DNA of 64,000 nucleotides. Origin: a virus. A program made the position numbers and the translations under genes. The stretch is from the IMG/VR virus record IMGVR_UViG_3300045988_169405. The stretch is one strand, 5' to 3'. The notes beneath the pieces were generated by a model. It saw only the letters and a list, made by a program, of their open reading frames with translations, was not told where the DNA came from and did not search any database. Below, in pieces: positions 48,555 to 59,189 of the stretch. Positions within the stretch are counted from its first letter, which is position 1. Each line of letters opens with the position of its first letter.

Positions 48555-48866
48555 TTAATAACGGGTACGCTCATGGTTGATGTCTACGGCGTAGTGGGTG
48601 GTGGTGATTGCGGCGACCTGTTCGGGGGTTCCGTAGAGGGCGTAGTCGATAATGTAGGGCTTATCCATCTCAGGGGCGGGTTCCTTGAACGCGAATCGGC
48701 TAGAGTCGGTGCCGCCACTGCAACCGTAGATATGCTGGGACTTAATCTTATTGCCTTCAATATACCATGCGTAAGCATTGAGGGTGACGCGCCCGCCATA
48801 AGTGGAATGGTCTTTGCCGTACACGAGGTCAAGCTTGAATACTTCCTTGAGGCCTTCGGTACCCAT
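48555..48866 (-). CDS. hypothetical protein (103 aa)
   Basis: ORF; promoter 48928-48990. Confidence 0.55.
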   Translation of the reverse strand: MGTEGLKEVFKLDLVYGKDHSTYGGRVTLNAYAWYIEGNKIKSQHIYGCSGGTDSSRFAFKEPAPEMDKPYIIDYALYGTPEQVAAITTTHYAVDINHERTRY

Positions 48867-48927
48867 GATTAGTCTCCTTATGGTAGGGGTGGTTGGTGGG
48901 TGTGTTATTCACACCTGATTACATTTT

Positions 48928-48990
48928 TATTATGACACACCGACCAAGGGTGCGCAAGTCAGAATTATGTGAAATAGACCACAAGCACAA
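48928..48990 (-). promoter_or_regulatory. conserved promoter module
   Basis: copy. Confidence 0.55.
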
Positions 48991-49052
48991 AAATTCCCCA
49001 GATAGCCCGTAAATCATCAAGCTATCTAGGGAATTTTGATTTATCGTGATGC

Positions 49053-50423
49053 CTAATCTAGGACACTAGCTGGGAGGTGAATAGTTGCACCGTAAGGCTC
49101 TTTATAGTCAATACCAACTTCCAAGGCAACCCAAGGGGTATCCAACGGATACTCTAGGTCTTCGTACTTAATCTTCGTCTTCTCAGGAAGCTCAAGAAGA
49201 CCATACTCGCCGCGCGGTAGGTACACGCCCACAACACTCTTAGCCTTACCGCCTGCATCAGGTGCGGGGCGGGGCTGAATCCAGTCTGCATACTTGCTAC
49301 CGTCTTCATTGAACGGGATAAGCGGTAGAATAATCGACCTAGAGCGGTACTGTAGCTTTTCCTTGAAGTTCTCAGGAAGACCCATAGATGAGGTGCTCCA
49401 CATTTCAGAATAATCTTTGAGGTAGGTTGCCCTATTGTACCAAGCTTCTACAGCGCTGAAGGACACAAGGGTTACAGCCATGAAAACACAGAGTCCAGTA
49501 AGTAGGAGCGGCAAAATTGCGCTACCGTAACGTTGTTCCGCGAAGGCATCTACGGTAAGCGTTAGGGCTCCACCACCAAAAAGTCCAGCGATAAGGAGTA
49601 CTACCGCGGAGCCACTAAGTGCTTTAGGGCTTAGCCTGTGCGATAGCCTATCCTTGGGCTTACCTAGTATATAGGGGCGAATATCATCCTGGTAGGTTAG
49701 GGTCTTATCCTGTAGGGTTACATTGTCCTTGGAGGGTTCTTTACCCTTTGCCTTTTCGCCAAAGGCGGCGCTGTAGTGCTTGTGGTAGTTTGTGGGTAGG
49801 TGTAGGTGCCAGTGAACGTCACGGGTGTCGTATCGCCATTCTGAGGCGTATCCTACTAGTTCCGGTTCACTACCTTCGAGTAAGTCAAAGGTGGCTTCGT
49901 AGATGTCGGCAGGGTGAATGACTAGGGTTCCTTCACCGTACTTGTCGTTCTGTACGTCTAGAACTACGTTGCCGTCTTGGCTGGTAATCCAGGGGGCTAG
50001 TGGGTTCCCGTCGGTGGGTTGTGTTGCCTTTACCTTGAAGGTAATCTTTTCCTGCGTTCCAAATAGGGCGGTATAGAGGTTCTTCGGGTACAGGTAGGGG
50101 GATGCCTCCCATTGGCAAACGTTAAGCTCTTTACTCATTTTAAAATTGAGAGTAAGACCTGTGAGGGCTACGGCACCTGAGATGATGCTGATAGCGTTTA
50201 GCGCCGTCATTACGTAGAAGTTGGTGGCTGTCAGTTCGGGGTTTAGTGCCCTGTAGGTGATAACCCCTGCAAGTGAAGCGACGAAGACGATACCGGTAAT
50301 GATGGTTACGACGTTTTCACGGTTTCGCCTGTTGGTCACCGGGTCGAGTGGTGGGGTGGTGACCTTTTCAGTCATGGTGTCGGTGTGCTTTGGTGGGTCT
50401 TTTGTGATTGGTTCGTTGCTCAA
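49053..50423 (-). CDS. polytopic membrane protein (456 aa)
   Basis: multiple TM segments. Confidence 0.6.
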   Translation of the reverse strand: MSNEPITKDPPKHTDTMTEKVTTPPLDPVTNRRNRENVVTIITGIVFVASLAGVITYRALNPELTATNFYVMTALNAISIISGAVALTGLTLNFKMSKELNVCQWEASPYLYPKNLYTALFGTQEKITFKVKATQPTDGNPLAPWITSQDGNVVLDVQNDKYGEGTLVIHPADIYEATFDLLEGSEPELVGYASEWRYDTRDVHWHLHLPTNYHKHYSAAFGEKAKGKEPSKDNVTLQDKTLTYQDDIRPYILGKPKDRLSHRLSPKALSGSAVVLLIAGLFGGGALTLTVDAFAEQRYGSAILPLLLTGLCVFMAVTLVSFSAVEAWYNRATYLKDYSEMWSTSSMGLPENFKEKLQYRSRSIILPLIPFNEDGSKYADWIQPRPAPDAGGKAKSVVGVYLPRGEYGLLELPEKTKIKYEDLEYPLDTPWVALEVGIDYKEPYGATIHLPASVLD

Positions 50424-50560
50424 TGCTTTACCTTCTTCCTGTCGGGGTTTAGGGTTGCTTGCAGGTCGCCTGGCGTTACCTTGCGTAGGTTCCAGTTTTC
50501 CCGCGTGTTTCTACTATACCATACAGTGTTCATTCTTTGGGTACTGACTGGTCATATAAG

Positions 50561-50605
50561 GCATGAAGAAACCCCCTAGCGGTGGTTTTGCTAGGGGGTT
50601 TCTTG
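50561..50605 (-). terminator. hairpin AAACCCCCTAGC...GCTAGGGGGTTT
   Basis: inverted repeat. Confidence 0.5.
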
Positions 50606-50615
50606 GTTTGTGGGG

Positions 50616-50961
50616 TTACCGCAGGTTCTCGAAGTGGGTCATGAGGTGGCGGGATTCGTTGGTGTGAAGTACGTCTAGGGGCTTGTTGGTGTCAATGTCC
50701 CAGGCGTGGATATTTACCATGTCCATTTTGGGGGTTTCGTTACTGAATCGGAGCCCTACCATAACGCCTGCGTCGAGTTCCACGGTCATGTAGTTGTCGG
50801 TTACCTTTTCGGGGTAGTAGATGTTCTGTCCGTCTGCGGCGCGCTTGTAGTTCTTGATGAAGGCTTCCAGGGCTTCCATGTCGGTTACCTGACCGGCGGG
50901 GAACTGAACAGATGCGGACTTGACGAAGGAATCGGGGGAGGTAACGTACAGGGTGTGCATG
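50616..50961 (-). CDS. hypothetical protein (start MHTLYVT)
   Basis: conserved leader; promoter 51024-51082. Confidence 0.6.
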
Positions 50962-51023
50962 GTTGGTAACCTTTCGGTAGGTAGTGGAACTAGCTTTAGG
51001 GGTTTTCCCCTTGTTGTACTTCT

Positions 51024-51082
51024 ATTATGACACACCCCTAGTCCCTATGCAAATCCAAATCATATGAAATGGGTCACATAGG
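51024..51082 (-). promoter_or_regulatory. conserved promoter module
   Basis: copy. Confidence 0.6.
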
Positions 51083-51179
51083 GGCTAGGGGTGTTTATCT
51101 ATCTACCTTTAGGGGAATCTCGCCCGCTAATCAGGGGCGAGAAATCTGTGGGGGTGCCTAGCTTCTATAGGCGGGGTGA

Positions 51180-51710
51180 CTAGGCACCTGCGGGCTCGTT
51201 GGTGAAGTAGAAATCAATGGTTTCACGATTATCTACAATGGCACCCAGGCGCATGTAGCGGTGCTTACCGGCAACCTTTTCCATTGCCGCCTCCTGCTCG
51301 TCATTGGTGGGGCGGGGGATAGTGAAGCGGGTAATGTCCATCCAGCCGTCAATGTCGGTCATGAGAGCCAGAGAGTACTCGTAGAGGTATTCCTGCTTGA
51401 GGTGACCATATACGCGCAGGGGAATTTCCTGTTCGCTGTTGAGGTTCAGGTGCTTGTGTGCGCGGTGAATGTCGTACATGTCGTTGTACAGGCTGTACAG
51501 GGGCTTCATGCACTTAAAGACCTCGAACGGTACTCGAACTACGGCAGTGTCTCCAACGGTCGAGAGCTGTTCCTCTAGGGTCTTAGCGTCTACTACTTCA
51601 TCAATAAGCTCAATGTAGTATTCACCGGCGGGGAGGTCACGCATACCGGCTTCAGTGTCGGCGTAGCGGTTTGCGAAAAAGGTCTGGTGTGCCAGGGTGC
51701 TGTTAGCCAT
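51180..51710 (-). CDS. hypothetical protein (176 aa)
   Basis: ORF. Confidence 0.55.
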   Translation of the reverse strand: MANSTLAHQTFFANRYADTEAGMRDLPAGEYYIELIDEVVDAKTLEEQLSTVGDTAVVRVPFEVFKCMKPLYSLYNDMYDIHRAHKHLNLNSEQEIPLRVYGHLKQEYLYEYSLALMTDIDGWMDITRFTIPRPTNDEQEAAMEKVAGKHRYMRLGAIVDNRETIDFYFTNEPAGA

Positions 51711-51833
51711 GTGTGGTGCTTCCTTCGTAAGTATCGGGGGCGGTTAGGGGTTATATGGGGTTGGTTGGTTAGGGTGGCTTGAGGGGGTGCTCTTGACCCC
51801 CTCAAGCTTTAGGGCTTACCGTACTGGTTGTGC

Positions 51834-52208
51834 CTAGTTGGTGGTGAAGTAGATGACGGCATCCTCGTCGGTTTCATTTACTACCATAAGAAGCATGGGG
51901 AACTCGCCGTATTCTCCATTGATAAGGAACTGACCCATAGAGCTGTCAATGTCTTCAATGGCGATAAAGTCATAGTAGGAATTAGTCTCAATGTCAAAGA
52001 TGGTAAGCTCTGCACGTACTGAATCTTCTTCACTTTCGGTATCAATCTCAACAATGCGGATTTGGGGTTCCAACATCTTTGCAAACTTACCGGTGGTTGC
52101 CATGTCGCCACACGCAATGACCTCAAGACGCTTCACGCCTTCAACCTGTCGAAGGTCAATCAGGAGGTCGTTGAGCTTACGGTCACCACGGGAAATTGCA
52201 GTAAACAT
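51834..52208 (-). CDS. hypothetical acidic protein
   Basis: ORF; promoter 52286-52345. Confidence 0.55.
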   Translation of the reverse strand: MFTAISRGDRKLNDLLIDLRQVEGVKRLEVIACGDMATTGKFAKMLEPQIRIVEIDTESEEDSVRAELTIFDIETNSYYDFIAIEDIDSSMGQFLINGEYGEFPMLLMVVNETDEDAVIYFTTN

Positions 52209-52285
52209 TAGGTATTCCTTTCGGGGAATCTATTGTAGCGGGCTTAGTGCCTTGGAAGTTATCTACCACTTCCTCGCTACACTTC

Positions 52286-52345
52286 TATTATGACACACCT
52301 TTTAGGGGTACGCAAACCGAAATAGCGTGAAATAGGTCACATAAA
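52286..52345 (-). promoter_or_regulatory. conserved promoter module
   Basis: copy. Confidence 0.55.
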
Positions 52346-52435
52346 GGTTAGGGGTAGATTAGCACGCCCCACCATATACCCCCTAGGTGACCTTTTAGGG
52401 GGTGTTCCAGGGGGTATACGGTTTACAGGGGCTAG

Positions 52436-53626
52436 TTACTCACCATGTGCCAGCTCATAGTACTCTTCAAGCTGGGCAATGTAACCATTAGCCTGCTTAA
52501 TAAGTTCACGGCGGGCGGTCTTCAACTGTGATACACGGTAGGTTGCCAGGGAAAGAATGTTAGAAATAGTGTTATTACCACGCTCATCCCACCCACTATC
52601 AATCTGACACATAGGGTGACCCCAGGTATCAACAGGGTAATTCATTTCCTTCTTAGCCTTCTTCAATGGCTCCCAAAAGGTGGTAAAGATAGCCTTTACC
52701 TGTTCGGTAAGTTCCTTACGGGCTTCAATGTCCTCAATGGATACGGCGGGGTATGCGTGTGCGGACTGGTAAAAACTTACCGTATCGCCATTGTTGAAGT
52801 GCAGGTCGGGGTGGTCATGAGAATCTACAGCCAGGTATCCTACTTCCTTACCGGTTGCCGGGTCGGTCACGTATGCGCGGCTCTCATCCATGCGGCTAAC
52901 AAGATATTCGGTACCGTCTTCAGTGATTGCGGTTCCAGTGATAAACAGGTTATCGAACGGTCGCTGAACAGTCGGATTGGTAAAGATAGCGACTTCACAG
53001 TTCGGCAGGAGGGCAACAGTATTCTCGGTAGCAAGCTGGTTAATCTTGTTACGGGCTTCCTTTGCTTCCTGAATAAGCTCATCAATCTTCTTGAGGTCTT
53101 CTTCCAGAAGGTCACGGGCAATATTGATACCGCCGCGAACAACTTCACCCATGATACCGCGCGCCGTCTCATTGTTTACAACGCTAGTTAGTGCATGGTC
53201 ATTATTCGGGACATGCTGAGCATACAGGTTATCAAACGCCTCTTCAAGGCTCTTAGGGGCATTGCGACCACCACTCCGGCACACGAAGTCACGCAAGTCT
53301 TCCTGCGCCTCAGCGCGCTCATACAGGTTAGCGGCTTCAGCTTCCTCGGTAGTGTAGTGGTAGATAGCACCGTTAGCGACGGGCACAGGGCTTCCAATCA
53401 GCATACTAGTGATAACATATTCGTCGTCATGCTTGGTAACAACGTAACGGTGCCCCCGGTCACCTACCGACACGATAAAGGCATTATCTACCTTGTTGCA
53501 GGATTCTACAACAAACAGGCGGTAACGGTACTGATAGTACAAGTCAAAAAACATAATCTCAGAGTCGAAGGTGTCAGCAATGAGAATGTCGCCGGGGTTC
53601 AGGTTTGCAAAATCAAAGGGGCGCAT
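52436..53626 (-). CDS. hypothetical protein (396 aa)
   Basis: ORF. Confidence 0.6.
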   Translation of the reverse strand: MRPFDFANLNPGDILIADTFDSEIMFFDLYYQYRYRLFVVESCNKVDNAFIVSVGDRGHRYVVTKHDDEYVITSMLIGSPVPVANGAIYHYTTEEAEAANLYERAEAQEDLRDFVCRSGGRNAPKSLEEAFDNLYAQHVPNNDHALTSVVNNETARGIMGEVVRGGINIARDLLEEDLKKIDELIQEAKEARNKINQLATENTVALLPNCEVAIFTNPTVQRPFDNLFITGTAITEDGTEYLVSRMDESRAYVTDPATGKEVGYLAVDSHDHPDLHFNNGDTVSFYQSAHAYPAVSIEDIEARKELTEQVKAIFTTFWEPLKKAKKEMNYPVDTWGHPMCQIDSGWDERGNNTISNILSLATYRVSQLKTARRELIKQANGYIAQLEEYYELAHGE

Positions 53627-53713
53627 AGTGTTCAGGGGTTCCTTTCGGGGTGGTCATTAGGGGTGTATCTCACCCCTAGAAGCTACTCTAGGGGTGAGAT
53701 AGAGATTAGGGGC

Positions 53714-54079
53714 CTAGAGGTAGGTTACCTTGCTGGATACGTGCAGGTTGATTGCCTGACCAAAATCGCGCCCCTTAGCGTCAATGTAGCGCATACCGTC
53801 GATTACGTAGTTACCGTCACAGAACATTGCGTGAACTTCGTCATCTTCGCTCATGCACTCTTCACATTCGATAACGAACTCGGCAACCTGAAGGTATCCG
53901 GTAAGGTCACCCTCGCAGGTTTCAAGGCGGGCACCGTTTCGCGAATCATAGGCGGCAAGATAATCGTCGCGCTTGACAAGCTTACCGTTTTCGCCAACGT
54001 ACTCAAACTTGAGGCTGTCGCCAATGTTCACGTCGGTGAGTACGGTCTTACCATTGGAGGGGTTGATAATGCAAGCCAT
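53714..54079 (-). CDS. hypothetical protein (start MACIINP)
   Basis: conserved leader; promoter 54144-54202. Confidence 0.6.
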   Translation of the reverse strand: MACIINPSNGKTVLTDVNIGDSLKFEYVGENGKLVKRDDYLAAYDSRNGARLETCEGDLTGYLQVAEFVIECEECMSEDDEVHAMFCDGNYVIDGMRYIDAKGRDFGQAINLHVSSKVTYL

Positions 54080-54143
54080 GATTAGCACCTTTCGGTAGAT
54101 AGTGGAACTAGCTTTAGGGGTGATTCCCTATCGCTTATATAAC

Positions 54144-54202
54144 TATTATGCCACACCCTAACCGGGTGCGCAAGTCGAAACCATGTGAACCTAGTCACAT
54201 TT
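54144..54202 (-). promoter_or_regulatory. conserved promoter module (ATGTGAACCTAGTCACAT)
   Basis: copy. Confidence 0.6.
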
Positions 54203-54215
54203 AATAACAGGGGGG

Positions 54216-54524
54216 TTACCACCCCTCAATAACGGTAGCGAGTTGCTTCTTGTATTCCTCTATGGAGTCCTTGATAGCCTGAATGTCCAGGTCTTCAATT
54301 TTGCGTATGCGAATATCAGACGACTGATACCACACAGAGAGTGCCTTGTAGTGGTTACGCTTAGCGCAAATGTCCTTATAGAGGTTTCGGGCTTCACTGG
54401 AGCGCTCTATGTTACCAATGAAACGCATGGCACCCGCAAAACCGTCGGCAACCTGAGCGAGCGTATCAAATTCTTCAACACACTTCACTAGTTCACCTAG
54501 CCTTGCTAGAAGTTCCTGAATCAC
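54216..54524 (-). CDS. hypothetical protein (102 aa)
   Basis: promoter 54592-54655. Confidence 0.55.
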   Translation of the reverse strand: MIQELLARLGELVKCVEEFDTLAQVADGFAGAMRFIGNIERSSEARNLYKDICAKRNHYKALSVWYQSSDIRIRKIEDLDIQAIKDSIEEYKKQLATVIEGW

Positions 54525-54591
54525 GGTGGGGTACCTTTCATCTAGTGGGTAATCAGGTAGGCTTTAGGGCTATTCCCTAACGCTTATGTAA

Positions 54592-54655
54592 TCATTATGG
54601 CACAACAATAACCCCTATGCAATCTGAAATACTATGAAATAGCTCACATAGGGGT
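54592..54655 (-). promoter_or_regulatory. conserved promoter module
   Basis: copy. Confidence 0.6.
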
Positions 54656-54672
54656 TATAGGCTGTTATTCCC

Positions 54673-55344
54673 CTAACGCTTAGAGTGAGTAGGAACTAGC
54701 GCATCTACAACCATGTCACTATCATTTCCTTTACCTTCGCGGCGGAAAATGTCAGAGATGATACATGGCGCACCATCAACCATGCCGCCATTAGTGTCAG
54801 TAAGCCATTCGAGAGAGTCGCCTGATGCCTGGCATGTAGTCCAGCCATAGAACAGCCGCTCCGGTTCCTGAGTGAATCCGTCATTGATAGCCGGAATCTT
54901 GAAGGTAGCACAATAGAGACGTGAAGCCGGATTCACAGCCTCCGGGTGCGTAAAATCTTCCAGAGTGAAGGTACGCATATTTGCCCAGAGGTGGAAGATA
55001 CGATGTGCATCTTCGGGTGACTGGAACTCCATATGGAAACTGACAGGCACCCACTCCACGCCTGCGATAGACGGCTCACTAGTCGCATTATGGGTCGCCC
55101 TCGCAATTTCGGCGGTACACACTTCATTGCGGCGTACACATACCTTATGGGTGTACTCTGCTAGATTCTTGACGCGCTCCAAAAGTGCACCCTGTTCCTC
55201 ACGTTTACCGGCGGCGTGCTGATTAGTTACATCACGATAGCTTTCTTCCTCAGCACGAAGGGCTAGTATAGTTTCCAGCGCTTCCTTGAGCTCTTTAATG
55301 TCATGGTCTAGTACATTAGTTAGCCAGTCAATATTTCGTTGCAT
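54673..55344 (-). CDS. hypothetical protein (223 aa)
   Basis: ORF. Confidence 0.55.
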   Translation of the reverse strand: MQRNIDWLTNVLDHDIKELKEALETILALRAEEESYRDVTNQHAAGKREEQGALLERVKNLAEYTHKVCVRRNEVCTAEIARATHNATSEPSIAGVEWVPVSFHMEFQSPEDAHRIFHLWANMRTFTLEDFTHPEAVNPASRLYCATFKIPAINDGFTQEPERLFYGWTTCQASGDSLEWLTDTNGGMVDGAPCIISDIFRREGKGNDSDMVVDALVPTHSKR

Positions 55345-55376
55345 TGGCGGGTTACCCCTTTCTGTTGTCGGTTTGG

Positions 55377-55811
55377 CTAGAAGCTCTGGTAGTAATCTAC
55401 ATCTTCGCGGGTTAGCCCGTACTTTGCTAGTAGTTCGTTTTCGGCTTCCTCGAAGGGGTTGCCGGGCATAGATGCCTTGAAGGTGTAGCTCTCCCAGTCG
55501 AAATATTCAGTGTTGCCCTCTAGGGTCATGAATCCGGTGCAGGGGTCTTCACCCTCAAGGTATGGCACCATTAGGTTTAGCTTGTAGCTGTACAGTGATT
55601 CGTAACCATCATTAACAATGGTATCGCTATCTTCGATAATGAAGCTGGATTCGGCATTAAATTCCCATGCGAGAAGAATCTTACCACCGGCGGTGCGGTA
55701 TTCCGCCATGCGTTCAGCCTTGGACTTCTCCGTACTCCATAGGGCGCTTCGGAAGGCGTGCACTTCTTCCCAGGTGCGGGTGTATTCGTATTTCTTCTGT
55801 GGAATGAACAT
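55377..55811 (-). CDS. hypothetical protein (144 aa)
   Basis: ORF. Confidence 0.55.
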   Translation of the reverse strand: MFIPQKKYEYTRTWEEVHAFRSALWSTEKSKAERMAEYRTAGGKILLAWEFNAESSFIIEDSDTIVNDGYESLYSYKLNLMVPYLEGEDPCTGFMTLEGNTEYFDWESYTFKASMPGNPFEEAENELLAKYGLTREDVDYYQSF

Positions 55812-55888
55812 TATGGGGTTCCTTTCGGGTTAGGGGTTACCCCCGCCCCCTTGGTCACGGTTAGCAACCAGGGGGGGTAGATGGGTAG

Positions 55889-56269
55889 TTAGATGTAGTA
55901 GCTTACGGATACCTGGTGGGATTCAATCTGTCCGTTCTTGTCCGCGTGCTGTGAGCGTCCGTCGCAAATCTGTACGTCGTATTCGGTGACGCGGCGGTAC
56001 GGGTGCTCATTGTCGGTTCCGGCGGGTTCACGGGTTTCCTTAGCCCAGTCTTCGGTTCCTACGTAGCGCCATTCAAAGGTTGCCGGTTCGTAGTGGTCTT
56101 CGTCCTTCCAGCACCCCTCGTAGGTGGCTTTGGTGGGGTTGAAGCACCAACCCCATTCGTGGGTGCTCCATGACCTAGACGGCTTGTAGTTTCGCGTCTC
56201 AATAGGGGTGTCGGTGGTTTGCTGGTTGATGTAACAGCGGTTGGGGATAGATTCGCGGGTGATTAGCAA
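55889..56269 (-). CDS. Cys-containing protein, family member 4
   Basis: FEWRYVGTEDW...CDGRSQHADKNGQIESHQV. Confidence 0.55.
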   Translation of the reverse strand: MLITRESIPNRCYINQQTTDTPIETRNYKPSRSWSTHEWGWCFNPTKATYEGCWKDEDHYEPATFEWRYVGTEDWAKETREPAGTDNEHPYRRVTEYDVQICDGRSQHADKNGQIESHQVSVSYYI

Positions 56270-56480
56270 GCCAGCAATGAAAATAATGAGAAGTAGAATA
56301 GGGAGCCCAAATAGTATGGCGAAGGTGATTTCATCGCTTTTGTCCGGTTCGGGGTTCTAATTCTTGCTCATGCGTGGTGTCCTTTCGTGATTCTCTATAG
56401 GGTGTGAGTCTTTGATGATGGGGTGCGCCCTAACCCCGCTACGGTGTGGGTAGCGGGGCGGACGCTAGGGTTAGCGGCTC

Positions 56481-56852
56481 TTAGAAGTCGCCCTCGTAAT
56501 CTTCGTCGGTGAGGTATGCGTGGTACTTTGCCGCGATACCTTCCAGCTGTTCCAGCTTTTCGGGGGTGAACTCGGTGCGGGTGTGCAGGTCAATGATGGA
56601 CAGTGCCATGCTACGCTTTGCGCCTTCGAGCATGAGGGCGGCAAATTCCTTTGCGCCTTCCTTGTCACCGACAGCCTCCAGGTTTGCGATAGCTTCGTTA
56701 GCCTGGCGTGCAAGGTGAAGCATAGTACCTGCAAGGCTAATGTGGTTTACCGACAGGGCATTGGGGGCGCTCAGGGCGGCGAAACCGAACTCACTAGCGT
56801 CGTCCTTGAAGGACTTGTAATCAGCAATCAGAGCCTCGAAAGTAACCGACAT
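56481..56852 (-). CDS. hypothetical protein (start MSVTFEAL)
   Basis: promoter 56926-56988. Confidence 0.55.
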   Translation of the reverse strand: MSVTFEALIADYKSFKDDASEFGFAALSAPNALSVNHISLAGTMLHLARQANEAIANLEAVGDKEGAKEFAALMLEGAKRSMALSIIDLHTRTEFTPEKLEQLEGIAAKYHAYLTDEDYEGDF

Positions 56853-56925
56853 GATAAACACCTCTCAGTAGAGAAACAATAAATAAAACCTGTAGCTTTA
56901 GGGGTTATCCCCTTGCTACATTTCT

Positions 56926-56988
56926 ATTATGACACACCCATAACCCCTTTGCAACTCGAAAACGTGTGAATTGAGTCACAAAGGGGTT
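56926..56988 (-). promoter_or_regulatory. conserved promoter module (TGTGAATTGAGTCACA)
   Basis: copy. Confidence 0.6.
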
Positions 56989-57019
56989 ATGGGTATCCCT
57001 GTAGGGGTATATGGGCACT

Positions 57020-57421
57020 TTAGGGCTTCTTACGAAGCTTAGTAATAACCTTGTAAGCAAGAGCTAATAGACCCCATGACAAGAGCACAATAATGCACAG
57101 TCCAGCCGCTACAGGGAAACCATTATCTACGCCCTTGTGTGTCAGTACCGAGAGCGATACATAACCAAGGGAAAAAAGGTAGATAGCGTTAATGGTAGCC
57201 ACAACGAAAGCCGCAATTAGTGAAACAAATGCAGAAGCAACCTCGTCCCCTGGTTCACCTTTATTGGATTCTTCGATAGCTTGCTCAACACCCTTCATTA
57301 TGCTGGCAGTAAGGACTTTCCTAAAAATACCAATGATGCCAAAAATAACAACGGTAACCCATATAGGGGAGTCCATGAAGAACTGGATGGGCTGGAAGCT
57401 GTTTAGAATATCTACAAACAT
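57020..57421 (-). CDS. small membrane protein, MFVD family
   Basis: MFVDILNSF...; paralogs. Confidence 0.55.
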   Translation of the reverse strand: MFVDILNSFQPIQFFMDSPIWVTVVIFGIIGIFRKVLTASIMKGVEQAIEESNKGEPGDEVASAFVSLIAAFVVATINAIYLFSLGYVSLSVLTHKGVDNGFPVAAGLCIIVLLSWGLLALAYKVITKLRKKP

Positions 57422-57627
57422 AACAAGTGTCTACCTTTCAGATACGGGGGTACAGCTAGTATTATACACGTACCTTTCAAGTGCTTTAAAGGTAGTTGCC
57501 CCAGGGGTCGTTCGGGTCTACGCGGTACGATTCATCATTATCTAGCGCCATTTCTTCTAGGTGCGCCTTGTATGCGTTGATTTCACGCATGACCTGTTCC
57601 TGTTTGCGGGGGCTAATGACCTGGCTG

Positions 57628-58095
57628 TTATTCACCCTTGTCATTGTCGGTAGGTACGGGGTAGAGTCCCTTGATGTCACGGTCGGTTATGGGGCGGGTG
57701 TCTTCCTCTAGGTCTGGAATGAATGATAGCGGCTCTTCTGATACGACTGCGCCGCTGTAGTATTCGCACTCTTCATAGGTGAGGGTGCTAGTGCTGGGGG
57801 TGATTCGTAGCTGATATTCGAGCTTATCCTGCTGGTCGCTTCCAGTACCACCAAAGGTGAAGCGTGCCCCAATACGTGCCATAATCTCTGTGATGCTTTC
57901 GGGTTCTACCGGTGGGTTCTCTAGGGGGTTTCCGGTAACGTCATAACCCTGGTTTGAGGGGGTGTCAGCGGGGCGGCGGGCAACGTCTCCAAGGGTGGCG
58001 AAGCCGCTCTTAACTACCATTGAACGCAGGGCAGTGCTGTTCCAGTATGCCAGTAGCTCTAGGAAGTTGTAGACCTGTCCCGCGTTATCGGTCAC
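57628..58095 (-). CDS. hypothetical protein (GTG start)
   Basis: ORF; ~260 bp upstream without an ORF, containing a G7 tract. Confidence 0.45.
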   Translation of the reverse strand: MTDNAGQVYNFLELLAYWNSTALRSMVVKSGFATLGDVARRPADTPSNQGYDVTGNPLENPPVEPESITEIMARIGARFTFGGTGSDQQDKLEYQLRITPSTSTLTYEECEYYSGAVVSEEPLSFIPDLEEDTRPITDRDIKGLYPVPTDNDKGE

Positions 58096-58355
58096 CGTGT
58101 TACCGCGCCTATAGATAACGCCTTGGTCAGTGTTAATTTCACACCCGTAGGTGCCTTCGATTGCGCCGCCGCCAAATCGGACGGGAATTAGTAGACGTAC
58201 TTTATCGCCGGTGGTAATGTCCCAGCACAGCTTAGGGGTTCCAGCTTGAGCGTATACGTATTCGGTGGGGGGGCATAGGGTTTCTTCTCTCTTTCCTGTG
58301 TGCGTACCCCCTCTAGGGGCTTCCTGGAGGGGGTACTCATTGTGTTTGTGGTCGG

Positions 58356-58676
58356 TTAGACATTGAAGTGTACGTAACCTTCTTCGGGGTCTACGTCGTA
58401 GACAGCTGACTTTTCAAACAGGTAGTACTCAGGGATTTCCTCGCCTTCGTAGCGTGCCCTAAGAGCGTCAAAGTCTTCAGTGTCTTCAGGCTGAGCGTCT
58501 ACATCGCGGCTACCGTGGTCGTTACCCAGGGTGAGGGTTAGGGTGCGGTCGTGGTCATTAAATTCAACACCCTCAACGATAAGTTCGCAACAGCCGGGGT
58601 ACTCGTAGTTGCGGTGAGGTGCAACCCCGTCGAGCTCCTCGAGGGGCATTTCAAAGGTGAAAGTAGCGAGAGACAT
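58356..58676 (-). CDS. hypothetical acidic protein
   Basis: promoter 58751-58810. Confidence 0.55.
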   Translation of the reverse strand: MSLATFTFEMPLEELDGVAPHRNYEYPGCCELIVEGVEFNDHDRTLTLTLGNDHGSRDVDAQPEDTEDFDALRARYEGEEIPEYYLFEKSAVYDVDPEEGYVHFNV

Positions 58677-58750
58677 GCTTGTAAACCTCTTTCAGTGGGT
58701 AGGTAGTGAACATGTTGCTAGGGTGTTTCCATAACGCCTTATATATATAA

Positions 58751-58810
58751 CTATTATGCCACACTATTTGGGGGTATGCAAGTTAAAATCATATGAAATA
58801 GCTCACATTA
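58751..58810 (-). promoter_or_regulatory. conserved promoter module
   Basis: copy. Confidence 0.6.
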
Positions 58811-58874
58811 CATTCGGGGTTAGCAACACCCACCCCCTAGTGACAGTTCAGCTAGGGGGGGGTATTTGCGTGAT

Positions 58875-59189
58875 TTACTGCTTTGCCTTGCGGTTGCGGA
58901 TTTCACGCTTCACAGTATTAACGAAGTGGTCTGCGGCTTCAAAGAACAACAGGGACTCATCTTCGGGACTGTAGAGGTGTACCTCATTTTCTTCTTCGTC
59001 AATGAGTGCCATGTAGTGACAGCCGTCAATCTCAACAGTCAGGCGGTCGTTAGCAATTGCAGAATCATATACGGGGAGGGTTTCATCACCGAACCACACT
59101 TCATCTTCAGAGCGACGCAGGGCGGTCGCAATATCCTTCAGGGTGAGGGTGATTTCCTCGGGGATTTCGATAATGCGGTAGTTGGTCAT
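58875..59189 (-). CDS. hypothetical protein (104 aa)
   Basis: conserved leader. Confidence 0.55.
   Translation of the reverse strand: MTNYRIIEIPEEITLTLKDIATALRRSEDEVWFGDETLPVYDSAIANDRLTVEIDGCHYMALIDEEENEVHLYSPEDESLLFFEAADHFVNTVKREIRNRKAKQ

Noticed and set aside
53195-54085. 296-aa plus-strand ORF
   Set aside because: Antisense to 52436-53626 and 53714-54079; the window's promoter, leader and terminator grammar is entirely minus-strand here.
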